From: Candidatus Goldiibacteriota bacterium | GTDB lineage: Bacteria > Oederibacteriota > PGYV01 > DSYL01 | Assembly: GCA_026414685.1 (NCBI GenBank) | Contig: JAOAIN010000014.1 | Coordinates: 1-34,631, forward strand | DNA length: 34,631 bases | Reading direction: 5' to 3' | Part shown: positions 27,508 to 34,631 of the stretch, piece by piece | Layout of the letters: each line of letters opens with the position of its first letter | How positions within the stretch are numbered: the stretch's first letter is position 1 | Made by a program: the position numbers and the translations under genes | Notes under the pieces: model-generated | The model's database searches: none | What the model saw: only the letters and a program-made list of their open reading frames with translations | Told to the model about the DNA's origin: nothing

Positions 27508-29694
27508 ATGAAAAATATATTAAAAATAATATTAATAACAATAATATCATTATTTGCTCTTATTTTCATTTTTCTTGCCACTATTCCTTTATGGTTCCCA
27601 TTTGAAAAAGTAAAAGATTTTTTAGTTCAGGAATTAAGTGAAAAAATAAACCGAGAAGTTGTAATAAAAGAGATTAAATTTAATATTTTAAAAGGAATAG
27701 AACTCAATGGTTTTTCTATAAAAGAACCAAAAAGATATGGTGGTATGGATTTTATAAAAGATGAAAGTATAGTATTAAAATATAATCTTTTAGCATTATT
27801 AGGAAGAGAACTTGTAATACATAAATTTGAAATGATTTCTCCTTATGTAGAAATAATTAAAGAAAAAGACGGTAGATACAATTTTTCTGATATTGTTGAA
27901 AAATTTTCATCGGAAAAAAAAGATACATCAAAAATATCTGATAAACCACAACAACAGAAAAAAACAAAAGAAAGTCCAATAAAAAATATTATAATAACCA
28001 GCGTATCAATAAAAAATGGAAGATTTATATATGCTGATTATTCCAAAACAAAAGTTTTTTCTTTAAAGGTGGAAAAATTTAATTTTGATATGGAAGACAT
28101 CATTTTATCCGGAGTAAAACCTGTTTCAATAAAAATGGATTGCAACGTTCAATATGATAAATTTAATATTCCTGTTTCTCTTAAATCATTGCTTACCACA
28201 GATATTAAAAATAAAAAAGTAAAATTTGAAATTAATCCATTTATATGCGGTGGAATTAACACTACAGGTAAGATTGATATAATTAATTTCAAAGATATTA
28301 GTGGCACAATTAATTCAACTGCAAATACAAAAAAAATACTTGAAGTACTTCCACCTGATTTAACCCAAAAAATACAAGAATTAAATATATCCATAGATAT
28401 CAATAACGATTTAAATTTTAGCTTAATAAATGGTATATTTTCTTTTAACAATATTTTAAAGATGGAAAATGGTTCTTTGAGTTACCAAAATAAAAAAATA
28501 ATTGAAAATTTAAAATCAAAATTAACAATGACAAGTAAATATGATTATAAAGGAAATTTTAATTTTTTGCTTGCAGGCAATGAAGTAAAAATAACTTCCG
28601 AAGGTACTTCAATCAATAACCCCAAAGAAAGTGTATATTATATAGATATTTATTCGCCAAAATTTGCTATAGAATATCTTCTTGCTTTATTTCCAAAAAA
28701 AGAGAAAAAAATAAGTGGTAGTCAATCTACAAAAGATATAAAGAAGCAATCAAAAATTTTAACTAAAAAGAAAAAAACAGAAATAAAAAATATGCCTGGT
28801 GTTTATCTGACCCTGCGGGCTGATTCAATATTTTATAAAGAGGTAACAATAGGAAAAACAATATCAAACATCAGATTTGTGGATGGTAAATTATATGCAG
28901 AAACAGCAATAAATGCATATCAAGGAAAAATAAATAGTAATTTTGTAGCAGATATTAATAAAGAAACATATAGTATCACTGCAGATATTGCATCAGTAGA
29001 AGTAAACAAATTAATTGATGATTCAATAAGTGTTTTGCCAAAAAAAGACCCAAATAAGAAAACCTTGTTGGATGATATAAAAAATAAAGTTTATGGTAAA
29101 TTTTCTATGGAATCTAAATTTTCAGGCAACACATTCAAAGATATTGCAAATACAATAACAGGTGATGGATATTTTATGGCAAAAGATGGTAAAATTGCAA
29201 CTACTGACATTGGCAAAGATTTATCAAATAAATTAGGTATAAAATTTTTAGAACAGGATATTCCATATACAATAATGTATGCTGATTTTAAAATGAGCAA
29301 TGGAAAGATAAATATAAAAAATTTTAAAGTCTATAACGGACCAAATGGAGAAAATGGGGATATCAGGATAAAGGGAGCAGGATATGTTACAGTTGATAAG
29401 GAAATTGATTTTAAAATTGAAAGTGAAATAAGTCCAAATCAGGCAAAGATACTGGATGAATATTTTGCAAGGAATTTAAGTATTAAAGATATTTCTTATG
29501 CATATAATAAGGACGGCTGGTTACCATTTGATGTGAGAATTTATAATACCATTGAAAATAAAAAATATGATTTTTCTCAACCAAGGATGCTTGATAATAT
29601 TAAAAGAAATTTAACCAAAAAAATAGAAGAAGAAGGAAAAAGATATTTAGAAGAAAAGGGAAAAGAGATAATAAAAAATTTATTTGGGAAATAA
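27508..29694 (+). CDS. AsmA-family (outer-membrane biogenesis / lipid-transport-like) protein
   Basis: 728 aa. Single N-terminal TM anchor, then a long beta-rich, repeat-like body with AsmA-like N- and C-terminal segments (...NGKINIKNFKVYNG...). An extended -10 (TGTTATAAT, 27468-27476) and an AGGAG RBS lie upstream. The call rests on architecture and motifs, not on alignment. Confidence 0.55.
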   Translation: MKNILKIILITIISLFALIFIFLATIPLWFPFEKVKDFLVQELSEKINREVVIKEIKFNILKGIELNGFSIKEPKRYGGMDFIKDESIVLKYNLLALLGRELVIHKFEMISPYVEIIKEKDGRYNFSDIVEKFSSEKKDTSKISDKPQQQKKTKESPIKNIIITSVSIKNGRFIYADYSKTKVFSLKVEKFNFDMEDIILSGVKPVSIKMDCNVQYDKFNIPVSLKSLLTTDIKNKKVKFEINPFICGGINTTGKIDIINFKDISGTINSTANTKKILEVLPPDLTQKIQELNISIDINNDLNFSLINGIFSFNNILKMENGSLSYQNKKIIENLKSKLTMTSKYDYKGNFNFLLAGNEVKITSEGTSINNPKESVYYIDIYSPKFAIEYLLALFPKKEKKISGSQSTKDIKKQSKILTKKKKTEIKNMPGVYLTLRADSIFYKEVTIGKTISNIRFVDGKLYAETAINAYQGKINSNFVADINKETYSITADIASVEVNKLIDDSISVLPKKDPNKKTLLDDIKNKVYGKFSMESKFSGNTFKDIANTITGDGYFMAKDGKIATTDIGKDLSNKLGIKFLEQDIPYTIMYADFKMSNGKINIKNFKVYNGPNGENGDIRIKGAGYVTVDKEIDFKIESEISPNQAKILDEYFARNLSIKDISYAYNKDGWLPFDVRIYNTIENKKYDFSQPRMLDNIKRNLTKKIEEEGKRYLEEKGKEIIKNLFGK

Positions 29695-29722
29695 ATTATT
29701 TTTTATGAAAGGAGGGTGGCTT

Positions 29723-30349
29723 ATGGATATACTTAAATCAATTCATTTCATACATCACGCATGTTTTAGGATTGAAATTGATAATATTGTAATTTACATT
29801 GATCCGTGGAAAATAAAAAGTCCAAAAAAGGCAAATTTCATTTTTGTCACACATGAACACTATGACCATTTTTCTGTTCCAGATATTGAATTAATTGCAG
29901 ATGAAAATACAAATATTATTTTGCCTGATAACATTGCAGGAGAATTATCAGGATATAAAATTAAAAAAGTAAAACAGGGCGATGTTTTTAATTTTGAAAA
30001 TATAAAAATAGAAGTTATTCCGGCATATAATGTTAATAAAAATTTTCATAGAAAATCAGACAATAAAGTTGGATATGTAATTGAAGTAAAAGGAAACAGA
30101 ATTTACCATGCTGGAGATACTGATTTAATTGATGAAATGAAGAATTTAAAAAATATAAACATTGCATTATTGCCTGTAGGTGGAACATATACAATGAATG
30201 CAATAGAAGCTGCAAGAGCAGCAGAAATAATAAAACCTGATATTGCCATACCAATGCACTACGGTATCATCACTGGTTCTTTAAAAGATGCAGAAACATT
30301 TAAAAAGGAATGTAAAGTAAAAGTTGAAATTTTAAAAGAAGAAGGATAA
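29723..30349 (+). CDS. Metallo-beta-lactamase-fold hydrolase (UPF0173-like)
   Basis: HxHxDH motif FVTHEHYDH, with later HAGDT and PMHYG. Start placed at the ATG at 29723, which follows AAGGAGGG (29708-29716), rather than the track start at 29684. Confidence 0.8.
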   Translation: MDILKSIHFIHHACFRIEIDNIVIYIDPWKIKSPKKANFIFVTHEHYDHFSVPDIELIADENTNIILPDNIAGELSGYKIKKVKQGDVFNFENIKIEVIPAYNVNKNFHRKSDNKVGYVIEVKGNRIYHAGDTDLIDEMKNLKNINIALLPVGGTYTMNAIEAARAAEIIKPDIAIPMHYGIITGSLKDAETFKKECKVKVEILKEEG

Positions 30350-30367
30350 AAATACATTAAAATAAAA

Positions 30368-30445
30368 TTGGTGGGCCCTGTAGGACTTGAACCTACGGCC
30401 AATAGATTATGAGTCTACTGCTCTGACCAACTGAGCTAAGGGCCC
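30368..30445 (-). tRNA. tRNA with CAU anticodon; the sequence looks more like tRNA-Ile2 (lysidine) than elongator tRNA-Met
   Basis: Reverse complement: GGGCCCTTAGCTCAGTTGGTCAGAGCAGTAGACTCATAATCTATTGGCCGTAGGTTCAAGTCCTACAGGGCCCACCA. It forms a cloverleaf with a 7-bp acceptor stem, CAT anticodon, GTTCAAGTC T-loop and an encoded CCA. It is close to E. coli ileX in the acceptor and anticodon stems. Confidence 0.9.
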
Positions 30446-30459
30446 TAATAGTGAATATT

Positions 30460-30487
30460 ATTATATTTTTTTCTTATGGATTGTCAA
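30460..30487 (-). promoter_or_regulatory. Consensus sigma70-type promoter for the tRNA gene
   Basis: On the - strand: TTGACA (30482-30487), 16 nt, TATAAT (30460-30465). The -10 ends 14 nt upstream of the mature tRNA 5' end. Confidence 0.6.
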
Positions 30488-30521
30488 GTAAAAATAGCTT
30501 TCAGTTAAAAAGGAGAAAAAT

Positions 30522-31076
30522 ATGTTAAATAATGAGCAGAAAAAAACATTATTAAAACTTGCCAGGGATACAATTGAAAAGTATATAACACAAGGAATAA
30601 TTTTAAAATTTGAAAACAAAGACCCGGTTTTAAATGAAAAACGTGGAGCATTTGTCACGATACACAATAAAGGTGAATTACGTGGTTGTATAGGCTTAAT
30701 AGAGGGAACTCAGGAACTATATAAAACAATAATAGAAATGGCCATTGAATCAGCAACAAGTGACCCGCGTTTTCCACCTCTTACACCTGATGAATTAAAT
30801 GATATAGATATTGAGATATCTGTATTAACTCCACTTAAAAAAATAAAATCAATAGATGAAATAATACTTGGAAAACATGGGGTTATTGTGAAAAAGGGTT
30901 TTAGAAGCGGTGTTTTTTTACCACAAGTTGCAACAGAAACCGGGTGGGATAAAAAGACATTTTTGGAACATCTCTGTGCAGGTAAAGCAGGCCTATCAAA
31001 AGACGCTTATCTTGATAAAAATACTGAAATATATATATTTGAAGCAGATGTATTTGGAGAAAAAGATATTAAATAG
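30522..31076 (+). CDS. AMMECR1-domain protein
   Basis: 184 aa. AGGAG RBS. Family signature RGAFVTIHNKGELRGCIG, plus DPRFPPL and GVFLPQV. Confidence 0.88.
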   Translation: MLNNEQKKTLLKLARDTIEKYITQGIILKFENKDPVLNEKRGAFVTIHNKGELRGCIGLIEGTQELYKTIIEMAIESATSDPRFPPLTPDELNDIDIEISVLTPLKKIKSIDEIILGKHGVIVKKGFRSGVFLPQVATETGWDKKTFLEHLCAGKAGLSKDAYLDKNTEIYIFEADVFGEKDIK

Positions 31077-31112
31077 AAGAACTATTACATAATAGTGTTT
31101 TCTATTTTTATT

Positions 31113-31262
31113 TGTGTATAAATAACGTTTAAACTAAAAATATATTGAAAATAAAGGATTTTTTTAAGGTGGTTTTTGTGAATTTCTTGTGGATAATGTT
31201 ATAAAAATAATCTAAAAATTTTAATTAAAAAATAATAATTAACATAATTCACATTATTAACA
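31113..31262. promoter_or_regulatory. Cluster of DnaA-box-like 9-mers upstream of guaB
   Basis: TGTGTATAA (31113-31121, 1 mismatch). TGTGAATTT (31177-31185), ct, TGTGGATAA (31188-31196, perfect), with starts 11 bp apart. In the opposite orientation, TAATTCACA (31245-31253) abuts TTATTAACA (31254-31262). Confidence 0.5.
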
Positions 31263-31500
31263 TTAAGAAAATATAATAAAATTTTTTAATATATTTTGTA
31301 AATTTCAATGAAAAAGCAAAGTAGAATAAATAATCTGCTTAATTTATTATGACCCATTATTTATTTAAATTGGTTTTATTGACATTTTTATTTTATATCA
31401 TTTCAATCTGTCACTGTTTTATATTATCTTTAACAGATAAATTTTTTAAAATTGACTTCAAATTTCAAATATGATAACCTTGACAAAAAGGAGGAAATAA

Positions 31501-32994
<1,494 letters not shown>

Positions 32995-32999
32995 CAATT

Positions 33000-34544
33000 A
33001 TGGGAAATATGATTATTATTCTTGATTTTGGTTCTCAAGTAACACAACTTATTGCGCGAAGAATAAGAGAACTTAATATTTATTCTGAAATATATCCTTT
33101 TAATTATCCTGTATCTGAAATAAAAAAGCTTGAGCCAAAAGGTATTATTCTATCAGGAAGTCCTGCGTCTGTTTATGATAAAAATCCACCGTTGTGTTCA
33201 AAAGAAATTTTTAACCTTGGTATTCCTATATTAGGAATTTGTTATGGTATGCAGATAATTGCAAAATATTTTGGTGGAAAAGTTGAAGGCGCGCATAAAC
33301 ATTCAATTCACAGGGAATATGGATTTGCAGAATTAATAATAAAAGATAAAACCAGTTTATTAAAGGGTTTGAAAGAAAAAGAAATTGTATGGATGAGTCA
33401 TGGGGATAAACTTGCAAAGTTACCGAAAGGTTTTAAAATACTCGGTGTAACAGAAAAATCTCCTTATGCTGTTATTGAAAACAGAAATAGAAAAATTTTT
33501 GCAGTCCAGTTCCATCCAGAAGTTGTTCATACACGTAAAGGCAAAAAAATTCTTTCAAATTTTGCAGTGAATATATGTAAATGTCAGAGGAACTGGACAC
33601 CAGAATCATATATTTCTAAAACAATAAGCGATATAAGACAACAGACACAGGGCGAGAGGGTTTTGTGTGCTGTTTCAGGCGGAGTAGACTCAACAGTAAC
33701 TGCCATTTTAATACATAAAGCCATAGGAGATAAACTTGTCCCTGTATTTGTAAATAATGGTCTTTTAAGATTAAATGAAGAAAAAAGGGTTTTAAGTATG
33801 TTTAAAAAATTAAATATAAAAATAAATTATATAAATGCCGAAAAAGGATTTTTAAAAAGATTAAAAGGTGTTACAGATCCTGAAAGAAAAAGAAAAATAA
33901 TAGGAAATTATTTCATAGAAGTTTTTGAAAATTTTGCAAATAAAAAAGGCAAATTTAATTATCTTGCCCAGGGCACTTTATATCCTGATTTAATAGAGAG
34001 TGTATCTGTGAAAGGACCGTCAGCAACCATCAAGTCCCATCACAATGTTGGTGGACTGCCTGAAAAGATGAAACTCAAATTAATAGAACCTTTAAAATAT
34101 CTATTTAAAGATGAGGTAAGAATTATAGGCAAAAAACTTGGACTACCTGATGAGGTGATTAAAAGACAACCATTCCCAGGTCCTGGTCTTGCAGTAAGAA
34201 TACTAGGTGAAATTACAAAAGAACGCTTAAATATTTTAAAAAAAGCAGATAACATTATTGTTGATGAAATAAAAAAAGCAGGACTTTATCATAAAATATG
34301 GCAGACATTTGGTGTTCTTTTACCTGTTAAAACAGTTGGTGTTATGGGAGATAAAAGGACTTATGAAAATGTTATTGCTCTTAGGGCTGTTCATTCAAAT
34401 GATGGCATGACAGCAGAGTGGGTTAGATTGCCATATGATTTATTAAATAGGATTGCTTCAAGGGTAATAAATGAGGTAAAATATATAAATAGAGTAGTTT
34501 ATGATATATCAAATAAACCACCAGCAACAATAGAATGGGAGTAA
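33000..34544 (+). CDS. guaA: GMP synthase (glutamine-hydrolysing)
   Basis: 514 aa. GATase domain ILDFGSQ, GICYGMQ, FHPEV. ATP-pyrophosphatase P-loop SGGVDS. C-terminal dimerisation end PPATIEWE. The start may be Met1 or Met4. Confidence 0.95.
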   Translation: MGNMIIILDFGSQVTQLIARRIRELNIYSEIYPFNYPVSEIKKLEPKGIILSGSPASVYDKNPPLCSKEIFNLGIPILGICYGMQIIAKYFGGKVEGAHKHSIHREYGFAELIIKDKTSLLKGLKEKEIVWMSHGDKLAKLPKGFKILGVTEKSPYAVIENRNRKIFAVQFHPEVVHTRKGKKILSNFAVNICKCQRNWTPESYISKTISDIRQQTQGERVLCAVSGGVDSTVTAILIHKAIGDKLVPVFVNNGLLRLNEEKRVLSMFKKLNIKINYINAEKGFLKRLKGVTDPERKRKIIGNYFIEVFENFANKKGKFNYLAQGTLYPDLIESVSVKGPSATIKSHHNVGGLPEKMKLKLIEPLKYLFKDEVRIIGKKLGLPDEVIKRQPFPGPGLAVRILGEITKERLNILKKADNIIVDEIKKAGLYHKIWQTFGVLLPVKTVGVMGDKRTYENVIALRAVHSNDGMTAEWVRLPYDLLNRIASRVINEVKYINRVVYDISNKPPATIEWE

Positions 34545-34549
34545 AAAAG

Positions 34550-34631
34550 ATGATTTCTTTTGGTAGACATATTTGTAATGATTTTAATTTTGCTATAGAG
34601 AAAGAATGGCTTTTAACAAATAAAAAGGGTT
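34550..34631 (+). CDS. Start of a putative glycogen-debranching-enzyme-like protein (N-terminal domain), 3' end cut by window edge
   Basis: ATG at 34550, open to the window end: MISFGRHICNDFNFAIEKEWLLTNKKG. The FGR.IC......A..kEWL.TN..G pattern resembles the N-terminus of archaeal-type amylo-alpha-1,6-glucosidases. Only 27 codons are visible. Confidence 0.35.
   Translation, partial: MISFGRHICNDFNFAIEKEWLLTNKKG

Noticed and set aside
30910-31092. 60-aa + strand ORF overlapping the end of the AMMECR1 gene, and the 68-aa - strand ORF at 30461-30667
   Set aside because: They are out-of-frame or antisense to a conserved CDS. The 30461-30667 ORF also runs through the tRNA promoter region.

Overview
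This window is a core chromosomal replication-origin neighbourhood from a very AT-rich bacterium. It is not an accessory island. Nearly all genes are co-directional on the + strand and tightly packed.

Gene order:
- GH43 glycosidase (5' partial), thiC, then on the - strand a small membrane protein and hsp20.
- A DnaA-box spacer (candidate oriC), then dnaA, an AT-rich spacer, and dnaN.
- gyrA, a histidine-kinase-like membrane protein, and a beta-helix/beta-barrel outer-membrane protein.
- A DUF721/DciA-like gene, gyrB, and a Crp/Fnr cNMP-binding regulator.
- A HAD phosphatase, a membrane class III nucleotidyl cyclase, and a 3D-domain protein.
- Long-type SRP RNA, then dnaX, ybaB, recR and a U32 peptidase-family protein.
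- A LemA-like protein, RNase P RNA (type A), a PHP phosphatase, a HAD phosphatase and an AEC transporter.
- An AsmA-like protein, an MBL-fold hydrolase, tRNA(CAU) on the - strand, AMMECR1, guaB, guaA and the start of a glycogen-debranching-like gene.

Three structured RNAs appear as GC-rich patches that the ORF track mis-reads as ORFs: ffs, rnpB and the tRNA.

Taxonomic hints, all inference: an AsmA-like protein and an OMP-type barrel suggest a diderm. A DciA-like gene and type A RNase P RNA argue against Firmicutes, even though the SRP RNA is the long Alu-domain type.

I find no CRISPR array, mobile element, toxin-antitoxin pair or recognisable defence system, and I do not think a hidden novel system is demonstrable here.

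The items most worth a second look:
- Three separate clusters of phased DnaA-box-like 9-mers, including a recurrent TTATTAACA variant.
- A histidine-kinase homologue lacking the phospho-acceptor His, wedged with an OMP gene between gyrA and gyrB.
- An in-phase A_AAA_AAG heptamer in the dnaX linker.
- rnpB overlapping the end of the upstream CDS.
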